64,000 nucleotides of DNA from Lingula anatina (Eukaryota; Animalia; Brachiopoda): assembly GCA_051362555.1 (NCBI GenBank), contig JBPQGU010000016.1, forward strand, positions 4,278,001 through 4,342,000, in the 5' to 3' direction. Shown here one piece after another: positions 51,201-64,000 of the stretch. The notes under the pieces were generated by a model. That model made no database searches. It saw only the letters and a list, made by a program, of their open reading frames with translations, and was not told where the DNA came from. The position numbers and the translations under genes are program-made. Position 1 is the stretch's first letter. Each line of letters starts with the position of its first letter.

Positions 51201-54200
51201 ATGACCGAACACACCTACCTGACACTATAATGAAGAAAAAAAATTTTCATCCCTACCGGGCCAAAATTGAAGAAATCTCACAGTGCCGGCACTGTTCAAA
51301 ATCACTCAAAATCACCAAAAATCGACCCGTCTCCGATTTTTCCAAAAAGTGACGAAAATCAATCTACCACACCTGTCATTCATAAAAAATGTGGAAACGC
51401 GCCCGGGTCACTTCATCAAGGCCCCCTATTCTAGCTTTAAAGATGATCCAAAAATAAGCTCTGAGAACAGAATCGGAGAGGGGGGGGGAGACAGAGTTTT
51501 TGCTCTATTTCTTCCTTAATGTTGACACCACCACTCTTCCAGCACTTTATTCTTACTACAAATGACCGAACACACCTACCTGACACTATAATGAAGAAAA
51601 AAAATTTTCATCCCTACCGGGCCAAAATTGAAGAAATCTCACAGTGCCGGCACTGTTCAAAATCACTCAAAATCACCAAAAATCGACCCGTCTCCGATTT
51701 TTCCAAAAAGTGACGAAAATCAATCTACCACACCTGTCATTCATAAAAAATGTGGAAACGCGCCCGGGTCACTTCATCAAGGCCCCCTATTCTAGCTTTA
51801 AAGATGATCCAAAAATAAGCTCTGAGAACAGAATCTGAGAGGGGGGGGAGACAGAGTTTTTGCTCTATTTCTTCCTTAATGTTGACACCACCACTCTTCC
51901 AGCACTTTATTCTTACTACAAATGACCGAATACACATACCTGACACTATAATGAAGAAAAAAAATTTTCATCCCTACCTGGCCAAAATTGAAGAAATCTC
52001 AGAGTGCCCGCACTGTTCAAAATCACTCAAAATCACCAAAAATCGACCCGTCTCCGATTTTTCCAAAAAGTGACGAAAATCAATCTACCACACCTGTCAT
52101 TCATAAAAAATGTGGAAACGGGCCCGGGTCACTTCATCAAGGCCCCCAATTCTAGCTTTAAAGATGATCCAAAAATAAGCTCTGAGAACAGAATCTGAAA
52201 GGGGGGGGGGGGAGACAGAGTTTTTGCTCTATTTCTTCCTTAATGATGACACCACCACTCTTCCAGCACTTTATTCTTACTACGAAAGACCGAACACACC
52301 TACCTGACACTATAATGCAGAAAAAAATTTTCATCCCTACCTGGCCAAAATTGAAGAACTCTCACAGTGCCGGCACTGTTCAAAATCACTCAAAATCACC
52401 AAAAATCGACCCGTCTCCGATTTTTCCAAAAAGTGACGAAAATCAATCTACCACACCTGTCATTCATAAAAAATGTGGAAACGCGCCCGGGTCTCTTCAT
52501 TAAGGCCCCCAATTCTAGCTTTAAAGATGATCCAAAAATAAGCTCTGAGAACAGAATCTGAGAGGGGGGGGGAGATAGAGTTTTTGCTCTATTTCTTCCT
52601 TAATGTTGACACCACCACTCTTCCAGCACTTTATTCTTACTACGAATGACCGAACACACCTACCTGACACTATAATGAAGAAAAAAAATTTTCATCCCTA
52701 CCTGGCCAAAATTGAAGAACTCTCACAGTACCGGCACTGTTCAAAATCACTCAAAATCACCAAAAATCGACCCGTCTCCGATTTTTCCAAAAAGTGACGA
52801 AAATCAATCTACCATACCTGTCATTCATAAAAAATGTGGAAACGCGCCCGGGTCACTTCATCAAGGCCCCCAATTCTAGCTTTAAAAATGATCCAAAAAT
52901 AAGCTCTGAGAACAGAATCTGAGAGGGGGGGGGAGACAGAGTTTTTGCTCTATTTCTTCCTTAATGTTGACACCACCACTCTTCCAGCACTTTATTCTTA
53001 CTACAAATGACCGAACACACCTACCTGACACTATAATGAAGAAAAAAAATTTTCATCCCTACCTGGCCAAAATTGAAGAAATCTCACAGTGCCGGCACTG
53101 TTCAAAATCACTCAAAATCACCAAAAATCGACCCGTCTCCGATTTTTCCAAAAAGTGACGAAAATCAATCTACCACACCTGTCATTCATAAAAAATGTGG
53201 AAACGCGCCCGGGTCACTTCATCAAGGCCCCCAATTCTAGCTTTAAAGATGATCCAAAAATAAGCTCTGAGAACAGAATCTGAGAGGGGGGGGGGAAGAC
53301 AGAGTTTTTGCTCTATTTCTTCCTTAATGTCGACACCACCACTCTTCCAGCACTTTATTCTTACTACAAATGACCGAACACACCTACCTGACACTATAAT
53401 GAAGAAAAAAAATTTTCATCCCTACCTGGCCAAAATTGAAGAACTCTCACAGTGCCGGCACTGTTCAAAATCACTCAAAATCACCAAAAATCGACCCGTC
53501 TCCGATTTTTCCAAAAAGTGACGAAAATCAATCTACCACACCTGTCATTCATAAAAAATGTGGAAACGCGCCCGGGTCACTTCATCAAGGCCCCCAATTC
53601 TAGCTTTAAAGATGATCCAAAAATAAGCTCTGAGAACAGAATCTGAGAGGGGGGGGGAGACAGAGTTTTTGTTCTATTTCTTCCTTAATGTTGACACCAC
53701 CACTCTTCCAGCACTTTATTCTTACTACAAATGACCGAACACACCTACCTGACACTATAATGAAGAAAAATAATTTTCATCCCTACCTGGCCAAAATTGA
53801 AGAACTCTCACAGTGCCGGCACTGTTCAAAATCACTCAAAATCACCAAAAATCGACCCGTCTCTGATTTTTCCAAAAAGTGACGAAAATCAATCTACCAC
53901 ACCTGTCATTCATAAAAAATGTGGAAACGCGCCCGGGTCACTTCATCAAGGCCCCCAATTCTAGCTTTAAAGATGATCCAAAAATAAGCTCTGAGAACAG
54001 AATCTGAGAGGGGGGGGGAGACAGAGTTTTTGCTCTATTTCTTCCTTAATGTTGACACCACCACTCTTCCAGCACTTTATTCTTACTACAAATGACCGAA
54101 CACACCTACCTGACACTATAATGAAGAAAAAAAATTTTCATCCCTACCTGGCCAAAATTGAAGAAATCTCACAGTGCCGGCACTGTTCAAAATCACTCAA

Positions 54201-57200
54201 AATCACCAAAAATCAACCCGTCTCCGATTTTTCCAAAAAGTGACGAAAAACAATCTACCACACCTGTCATTCATAAAAAATGTGGAAACGCGCCCGGGTC
54301 ACTTCATCAAGGCCCCCAATTCTAGCTTTAAAGATGATCCAAAAATAAGCTCTGAGAACAGAATCTGAGAGGGGGGGGGGGGAAGACAGAGTTTTTGCTC
54401 TATTTCTTCCTTAATGTCGACACCACCACTCTTCCAGCACTTTATTCTTACTACAAATGACCGAACACACCTACCTGACACTATAATGAAGAAAAAAAAT
54501 TTTCATCCCTACCTGGCCAAAATTGAAGAAATCTCACAGTGCCGGCACTGTTCAAAATCACTCAAAATCACCAAAAATCAACCCGTCTCCGATTTTTCCA
54601 AAAAGTGACGAAAAACAATCTACCACACCTGTCATTCATAAAAAATGTGGAAACGCGCCCGGGTCACTTCATCAAGGCCCCCAATTCTAGCTTTAAAGAT
54701 GATCCAAAAATAAGCTCTGAGAACAGAATCTGAGAGGGGGGGGGGAAGACAGAGTTTTTGCTCTATTTCTTCCTGAAAAAAGTGACGAAAATCAATCTAC
54801 CACACCTGTCATTCATAAAAAATGTGGAAACGCGCCCGGGTCACTTCATCAAGGCCCCCAATTCTAGCTTTAAAGATGATCCAAAAATAAGCTCTGAGAA
54901 CAGAATCTGAGAGGGGGGGGGGAGACAGAGTTTTTGCTCTATTTCTTCCTTAATGTTGACACCACCACTCTTCCAGCACTTTATTCTTACTACAAATGAC
55001 CGAACACACCTACCTGACACTATAATGAAAAAAAAAAATTTTCATCCCTACCTGGCCAAAATTGAAGAAATCTCACAGTGCCGGCACTGTTCAAAATCAC
55101 TCAAAATCACCAAAAATCGACCCGTCTCCGATTTTTCCAAAAAGTGACGAAAATAAATCTACCACACCTGTCATTCATAAAAAATGTGGAAACGCGCCCG
55201 GGTCACTTCATCAAGGCCCCCAATTCTAGCTTTAAAGATGATCCAAAAACAAGCTCTGAGAACAGAATCTGAGAGGGGGGGGGGAGACAGTTTTTGCTCT
55301 ATTTCTTCCTTAATGTTGACACCACCACTCTTCCAGCACTTTATTCTTACTACAAATGACCGAACACACATACCTGACACTATAATGAAGAAAAAAATTT
55401 TCATCCCTACCTGGCCAAAATTGAAGAAATCTCACAGTGCCGGCACTGTTCAAAATCACTCAAAATCACCAAAAATCGACCCGTCTCCGATTTTTCCAAA
55501 AAGTGACGAAAATCAATCTACCACACCTGTCATTCATAAAAAATGTGGAAACGCGCCTGGGTCACTTCATCAAGGCCCCCAATTCTAGCTTTAAAGATGA
55601 TCCAAAAATAAGCTCTGAGAACAGAATCTGAGAGGGGGGGGGGAGACAGAGTTTTTGCTCTATTTCTTCCTTAATGTTGACACCACCACTCTTCCAGCAC
55701 TTTATTCTTACTACAAATGACCGAACACACCTACCTGACACTATAATGAAAAAAAAAATTTTCATCCCTACCTGGCCAAAATTGAAGAAATCTCACAGTG
55801 CCGGCACTGTTCAAAATCACTCAAAATCACCAAAAATCGACCCGTCTCCGATTTTTCCAAAAAGTGACGAAAATAAATCTACCACACCTGTCATTCATAA
55901 AAAATGTGGAAACGCGCCCGGGTCACTTCATCAAGGCCCCCAATTCTAGCTTTAAAGATGATCCAAAAATAAGCTCTGAGAACAGAATCTGAGAGGGGGG
56001 GGGAGACAGTTTTTGCTCTATTTCTTCCTTAATGTTGACACCACCACTCTTCCAGCACTTTATTCTTACTACAAATGACCGAACACACCTACCTGACACT
56101 ATAATGAAGAAAAAAATTTTCATCCCTACCGGGCCAAAATTGAAGAAATTTCACAGTGCCGGCACTGTTCAAAATCACTCAAAATCACCAAAAATCGACC
56201 CGTCTCCGATTTTTCCAAAAAGTGACGAAAATCAATCTACCACACCTGTCATTCATAAAAAATGTGGAAACGCGCCCGGGTCACTTCATCAAGGCCCCCT
56301 ATTCTAGCTTTAAAGATGATCCAAAAATAAGCTCTGAGAACAGAATCTGAGAGGGGGGGGGAGACAGAGTTTTTGCTCTATTTCTTCCTTAATGTTGACA
56401 CCACCACTCTTCCAGCACTTTATTCTTACTACAAATGACCGAACACACCTACCTGACACTATAATGAAGAAAAAAAATTTTCATCCCTACCGGGCCAAAA
56501 TTGAAGAAATCTCACAGTGCCGGCACTGTTCAAAATCACTCAAAATCACCAAAAATCGACCCGTCTCCGATTTTTCCAAAAAGTGACGAAAATCAATCTA
56601 CCACACCTGTCATTCATAAAAAATGTGGAAACGCGCCCGGGTCACTTCATCAAGGCCCCCTATTCTAGCTTTAAAGATGATCCAAAAATAAGCTCTGAGA
56701 ACAGAATCGGAGAGGGGGGGGGAGACAGAGTTTTTGCTCTATTTCTTCCTTAATGTTGACACCACCACTCTTCCAGCACTTTATTCTTACTACAAATGAC
56801 CGAACACACCTACCTGACACTATAATGAAGAAAAAAAATTTTCATCCCTACCGGGCCAAAATTGAAGAAATCTCACAGTGCCGGCACTGTTCAAAATCAC
56901 TCAAAATCACCAAAAATCGACCCGTCTCCGATTTTTCCAAAAAGTGACGAAAATCAATCTACCACACCTGTCATTCATAAAAAATGTGGAAACGCGCCCG
57001 GGTCACTTCATCAAGGCCCCCTATTCTAGCTTTAAAGATGATCCAAAAATAAGCTCTGAGAACAGAATCTGAGAGGGGGGGGAGACAGAGTTTTTGCTCT
57101 ATTTCTTCCTTAATGTTGACACCACCACTCTTCCAGCACTTTATTCTTACTACAAATGACCGAACACACATACCTGACACTATAATGAAGAAAAAAAATT

Positions 57201-60200
57201 TTCATCCCTACCTGGCCAAAATTGAAGAAATCTCACAGTGCCCGCACTGTTCAAAATCACTCAAAATCACCAAAAATCGACCCGTCTCCGATTTTTCCAA
57301 AAAGTGACGAAAATAAATCTACCACACCTGTCATTCATAAAAAATGTGGAAACGCGCCCAGGTCACTTCATCAAGGCCCCCAATTCTAGCTTTAAAGATG
57401 ATCCAAAAATAAGCTCTGAGAACAGAATCTGAGAGGGGGGGGGAGACAGAGTTTTTGCTCTATTTCTTCCTTAATGTTGACACCACCACTCTTCCAGCAC
57501 TTTATTCTTACTACAAATGACCGAATACACATACCTGACACTATAATGAAGAAAAAAAATTTTCATCCCTACCTGGCCAAAATTGAAGAAATCTCACAGT
57601 GCCCGCACTGTTCAAAATCACTCAAAATCACCAAAAATCGACCCGTCTCCGATTTTTCCAAAAAGTGACGAAAATAAATCTACCACACCTGTCATTCATA
57701 AAAAATGTGGAAACGCGCCCAGGTCACTTCATCAAGGCCCCCAATTCTAGCTTTAAAGATGATCCAAAAATAAGCTCTGAGAACAGAATCTGAGAGGGGG
57801 GGGGGAGACAGAGTTTTTGCTCTATTTCTTCCTTAATGTTGACACCACCACTCTTCCAGCACTTTATTCTTACTACAAATGACCGAACACACCTACCTGA
57901 CACTATAATGAAGAAAAATAATTTTCATCCCTACCTGGCCAAAATTGAAGAACTCTCACAGTGCTGGCACTGTTCAAAATCACTCAAAATCACCAAAAAT
58001 CGACCCGTCTCCGATTTTTCCAAAAAGTGACGAAAATCAATCTACCACACCTGTCATTCATAAAAAATGTGGAAACGCGCCCGGGTCACTTCATCAAGGC
58101 CCCCAATTCTAGCTTTAAAGATGATCCAAAAATAAGCTCTGAGAACAGAATCTGAGAGGGGGGGGGAGACAAAGTTTTTGCTCTATTTCTTCCTTAATGT
58201 TGACACCACCACTCTTCCAGCACTTTATTCTTACTACAAATGACCGAACACACCTACCTGACACTATAATGAAGAAAAAAAATTTTCATCCCTACCTGGC
58301 CAAAATTGAAGAACTCTCACAGTGCCGGCACTGTTCAAAATCACTCAAAATCACCAAAAATCGACCCGTCTCCGATTTTTCCAAAAAGTGACGAAAATCA
58401 ATCTACCACACCTGTCATTCATAAAAAATGTGGAAACGCACCCGGGTCACTTCATCAAGGCCCCCAATTCTAGCTTTAAAGATTATCCAAAAATAAGCTC
58501 TGAGAACAGAATCTGAGAGGGGGGGGAGACATAGTTTTTGCTCTATTTCTTCCTTAATGTTGACACCACCACTCTTCCAGCACTTTATTCTTACTACAAA
58601 TGACCGAACACACCTACCTGACACTATAATGAAGAAAAAAAATTTTCATCCCTACCTGGCCAAAATTGAAGAAATCTCACAGTGCCGGCACTGTTCAAAA
58701 TCACTCAAAATCACCAAAAATCGACCCGTCTCCGATTTTTCCAAAAAGTGACGAAAATCAATCTACCACACCTGTCATTCATAAAAAATGTGGAAACGCG
58801 CCCGGGTTACTTCATCAAGGCCCCCAATTCTAGCTTTAAAGATGATCCAAAAATAAGCTCTGAGAACAGAATCTGAGAGGGGGGGGGGAGACAGAGTTTT
58901 TGCTCTATTTCTTCCTTAATGTTGACACCACCACTCTTCCAGCACTTTATTCTTACTACAAATGACCGAACACACCTACCTGACACTATAATGAAGAAAA
59001 AAAATTTTCATCCCTACCTGGCCAAAATTGAAGAAATCTCACAGTGCCGGCACTGTTCAAAATCACTCAAAATCACCAAAAATCGACCCGTCTCTGATTT
59101 TTCCAAAAAGTGACGAAAATCAATCTACCACACCTGTCATTCATAAAAAAATGTGGAAACGCGCCCGGGTCACTTCATCAAGGCCCCCAATTCTAGCTTT
59201 AAAGATGATCCAAAAATAAGCTCTGAGAACAGAATCTGAGAGGGGGGGGGGGAGACAGAGTTTTTGCTCTATTTCTTCCTTAATGTTGACACCACCACTC
59301 TTCCAGCACTTTATTCTTACTACAAACGACCAAACACACCTACCTGACACTATAATGAAGAAAAAAAATTTTCATCCCTACCTGGCCAAAATTGAAGAAA
59401 TCTCACAGTGCCGGCACTGTTCAAAATCACTCAAAATCACCAAAAATCGACCCGTCTCCGATTTTTCCAAAAAGTGACGAAAATCAATCTACCACACCTG
59501 TCATTCATAAAAAATGTGGAAACGTGCCCGGGTCACTTCATCAAGGCCCGCAATTCTAGCTTTAAAGATGATCCAAAAATAAGCTCTGAGAACAGAATCT
59601 GAGAGGGGGGGGGAGACAGAGTTTTTGCTCTATTTCTTCCTTAATGTGGACACCACCACTCTTCCAGCACTTTATTCTTACTACAAATGACCGAACACAC
59701 CTACCTGACACTATAATGAAGAAAAAAAATTTTCATCCCTACCTGGCCAAAATTGAAGAAATCTCACAGTGCCGGCACTGTTCAAAATCACTCAAAATCA
59801 ACAAAAATCGACCCGTCTCCGATTTTTCCAAAAAGTGACGAAAATCAATCTACCACACCTGTCATTCATAAAAAAATGTGGAAACGCGCCCGGGTCACTT
59901 CATCAAGGCCCCCAATTCTAGCTTTAAAGATGATCCAAAAATAAGCTCTGAGAACAGAATCTGAGAGGGGTGGGGGGAGACAGAGTTTTTGCTCTATTTC
60001 TTCCTTAATGTTGACACCACCACTCTTCCAGCACCTTATTCTACTACAAATGACCGAACACACCTACCTGACACTATAATGAAGAAAAAAAATTTTCATC
60101 CCTACCTGGCCAAAATTGAAGAAATCTCACAGTGCCGGCACTGTTCAAAATCACTCAAAATCACCAAAAATCGACCCGTCTCCGATTTTTCCAAAAAGTG

Positions 60201-63200
60201 ACGAAAATCAATCTACCACACCTGTCATTCATAAAAAATGTGGAAACGCACCCGGGTCACTTCATCAAGGCCCCCAATTCTAGCTTTAAAGATGATCCAA
60301 AAATAAGCTCTGAGAACAGAATCTGAGAGGGGGGGGGGAGACAGAGTTTTTGCTCTATTTCTTCCTTAATGTTGACACCACCACTCTTCCAGCACTTTAT
60401 TCTTACTACAAATGACCGAACACACCTACCTGACACTATAATGAAGAAAAAAAATTTTCATCCCTACCTGGCCAAAATTGAAGAAATCTCACAGTGCCGG
60501 CACTGTTCAAAATCACTCAAAATCACCAAAAATCGACCCGTCTCCGATTTTTCCAAAAAGTGACGAAAATCAATCTACCACACCTGTCATTCATAAAAAA
60601 TGTGGAAACGCGCCCGGGTCACTTCATCAAGGCCCCCAATTCTAGCTTTAAAGATGATCCAAAAATAAGCTCTGAGAACAGAATCTGAGAGGGGGGGGGA
60701 GACAGAGTTTTTGCTCTATTTCTTCCTTAATGTTGACACCACCACTCTTCCAGCACTTTATTCTTACTACAAATGACCGAACACACCTACCTGACACTAT
60801 AATAAAGAAAAAAAATTTTCATCCCTACCTGGCCAAAATTGAAGAACTCTCACAGTGCCGACACTGTTCAAAATCACTCAAAATCACCAAAAATCGACCC
60901 GTCTCCGATTTTTCCAAAAAGTGACGAAAATCAATCTACCACACCTGTCATTCATAAAAAATGTGGAAACGCACCCGGGTCACTTCATCAAGGCCCCCAA
61001 TTCTAGCTTTAAAGATTATCCAAAAATAAGCTCTGAGAACAGAATCTGAAAGGGGGGGGGAGACAGTTTTTGCTCTATTTCTTCCTTAATGTTGACACCA
61101 CCACTCTTCCAGCACTTTATTCTTACTACAAATGACCGAACACACCTACCTGACACTATAATGAAGAAAAAAAATTTTCATCCCTACCTGGCCAAAATTG
61201 AAGAAATCTCACAGTGCCGGCACTGTTCAAAATCACTCAAAATCACCAAAAATCGACCCGTCTCCGATTTTTCCAAAAAGTGACGAAAATCAATCTACAA
61301 CACCTGTCATTCATAAAAAATGTGGAAACGCGCCCGGGTCACTTCATCAAGGCCCCCAATTCTAGCTTTAAAGATGATCCAAAAATAAGCTCTGAGAACA
61401 GAATCTGAGAGGGGGGGGGGGAGACAGAGTTTTTGCTCTATTTCTTCCTTAATGTTGACACCACCACTCTTCCAGCACTTTATTCTTACTACAAATGACC
61501 GAACACACCTACCTGACACTATAATAAAGAAAAAAAATTTTCATCCCTACCTGGCCAAAATTGAAGAAATCTCACAGTGCCGGCACTGTTCAAAATCACT
61601 CAAAATCACCAAAAATCGACCCGTCTCTGATTTTTCCAAAAAGTGACGAAAATCAATCTACCACACCTGTCATTCATAAAAAAATGTGGAAACGCGCCCG
61701 GGTCACTTCATCAAGGCCCCCAATTCTAGCTTTAAAGATGATCCAAAAATAAGCTCTGAGAACAGAATCTGAGAGGGGGGGGGGAGACAGAGTTTTTGCT
61801 CTATTTCTTCCTTAATGTTGACACCACCACTCTTCCAGCACTTTATTCTTACTACAAACGACCAAACACACCTACCTGACACTATAATGAAGAAAAAAAA
61901 TTTTCATCCCTACCTGGCCAAAATTGAAGAAATCTCACAGTGCCGGCACTGTTCAAAATCACTCAAAATCACCAAAAATCGACCCGTCTCCGATTTTTCC
62001 AAAAAGTGACGAAAATCAATCTACCACACCTGTCATTCATAAAAAATGTGGAAACGTGCCCGGGTCACTTCATCAAGGCCCGCAATTCTAGCTTTAAAGA
62101 TGATCCAAAAATAAGCTCTGAGAACAGAATCTGAAAGGGGGGGGGAGACATAGTTTTTGCTCTATTTCTTCCTTAATGTTGACACCACCACTCTTCCAGC
62201 ACTTTATTCTTACTACAAATGACCGAACACACCTACCTGACAATATAATGAAGAAAAAAAATTTTCATCCCTACCTGGCCAAAATTGAAGAAATCTCACA
62301 GTGCCGGCACTGTTCAAAATCACTCAAAATCACCAAAAATCGACCCGTCTCCGATTTTTCCAAAAAGTGACGAAAATCAATCTACAACACCTGTCATTCA
62401 TAAAAAATGTGGAAACGCGCCCGGGTCACTTCATCAAGGCCCCCAATTCTAGCTTTAAAGATGATCCAAAAATAAGCTCTGAGAACAGAATCTGAGAGGG
62501 GGGGGGGGAGACAGAGTTTTTGCTCTATTTCTTCCTTAATGTTGACACCACCACTCTTCCAGCACTTTATTCTTACTACAAATGACCGAACACACCTACC
62601 TGACACTATAATAAAGAAAAAAAATTTTCATCCCTACCTGGCCAAAATTGAAGAAATCTCACAGTGCCGGCACTGTTCAAAATCACTCAAAATCACCAAA
62701 AATCGACCCGTCTCTGATTTTTCCAAAAAGTGACGAAAATCAATCTACCACACCTGTCATTCATAAAAAAATGTGGAAACGCGCCCGGGTCACTTCATCA
62801 AGGCCCCCAATTCTAGCTTTAAAGATGATCCAAAAATAAGCTCTGAGAACAGAATCTGAGAGGGGGGGGGAGACAGAGTTTTTGCTCTATTTCTTCCTTA
62901 ATGTTGACACCACCACTCTTCCAGCACTTTATTCTTACTACAAACGACCAAACACACCTACCTGACACTATAATGAAGAAAAAAAATTTTCATCCCTACC
63001 TGGCCAAAATTGAAGAAATCTCACAGTGCCGGCACTGTTCAAAATCACTCAAAATCACCAAAAATCGACCCGTCTCCGATTTTTCCAAAAAGTGACGAAA
63101 ATCAATCTACCACACCTGTCATTCATAAAAAATGTGGAAACGTGCCCGGGTCACTTCATCAAGGCCCGCAATTCTAGCTTTAAAGATGATCCAAAAATAA

Positions 63201-64000
63201 GCTCTGAGAACAGAATCTGAGAGGGGGGGGGGAGACAGAGTTTTTGCTCTATTTCTTCCTTAATGTGGACACCACCACTCTTCCAGCACTTTATTCTTAC
63301 TACAAATGACCGAACACACCTACCTGACACTATAATGAAGAAAAAAAATTTTCATCCCTACCTGGCCAAAATTGAAGAAATCTCACAGTGCCGGCACTGT
63401 TCAAAATCACTCAAAATCAACAAAAATCGACCCGTCTCCGATTTTTCCAAAAAGTGACGAAAATCAATCTACCACACCTGTCATTCATAAAAAATGTGGA
63501 AACGCACCCGGGTCACTTCATCAAGGCCCCCAATTCTAGCTTTAAAGATTATCCAAAAATAAGCTCTGAGAACAGAATCTGAAAGGGGGGGGGGAGACAT
63601 AGTTTTTGCTCTATTTCTTCCTTAATGTTGACACCACCACTCTTCCAGCACTTTATTCTTACTACAAATGACCGAACACACCTACCTGACACTATAATGA
63701 AGAAAAAAAATTTTCATCCCTACCTGGCCAAAATTGAAGAAATCTCACAGTGCCGGCACTGTTCAAAATCACTCAAAATCACCAAAAATCGACCCGTCTC
63801 CGATTTTTCCAAAAAGTGACGAAAATCAATCTACAACACCTGTCATTCATAAAAAATGTGGAAACGCGCCCGGGTCACTTCATCAAGGCCCCCAATTCTA
63901 GCTTTAAAGATGATCCAAAAATAAGCTCTGAGAACAGAATCTGAGAGGGGGGGGGGGAGACAGAGTTTTTGCTCTATTTCTTCCTTAATGTTGACACCAC
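30261..64000 (+). repeat. Satellite DNA array, ~361-bp monomer, ~93 copies, with local higher-order repeats; runs off the window end
   Basis: Same monomer as 251-9088, with recurrent diagnostic variants, and two ~178-bp half-monomers (junctions at 49537/8 and 54774/5). Confidence 0.99.

Noticed and set aside
410-63944. Roughly two hundred 60-134-aa ORFs (MPALFK..., MLTPPL..., MSGRCV...) resembling a tandem gene array
   Set aside because: They are overlapping translations of the satellite monomer, often starting at GTG or TTG, freely frameshifted by homopolymer changes, with no recognisable domain.

Overview
Eukaryotic, AT-rich heterochromatin-like window; the repeat content suggests an aquatic invertebrate, which is an inference. 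About two thirds is one ~361-bp satellite in three blocks: an inverted partial monomer (1-250), a very homogeneous array of ~24 monomers (251-9088), and a long array of ~94 monomers with higher-order structure (~29911-64000). All ORFs repeated inside the arrays are satellite artefacts. Between the arrays is a ~21-kb island of decayed transposons: a LINE 3' end, a fold-back Tc1 element built from two 3' halves, an intron-containing Kolobok-like transposase fragment, two DIRS-order tyrosine-recombinase retrotransposon relics, Helentron/HINE-like pieces, small MITEs, a 34-bp minisatellite and an IS3EU-like fold-back MITE. No intact host gene or RNA gene is recognisable. The main points of interest concern the satellite's history: the monomer looks like an ancient dimer of ~180-bp units, a diverged relic with ~182-bp periodicity lies 1.7 kb outside the array, a ~178-bp half-monomer was regenerated inside it, and the orientation switch breaks at the monomer's 16-bp palindrome.
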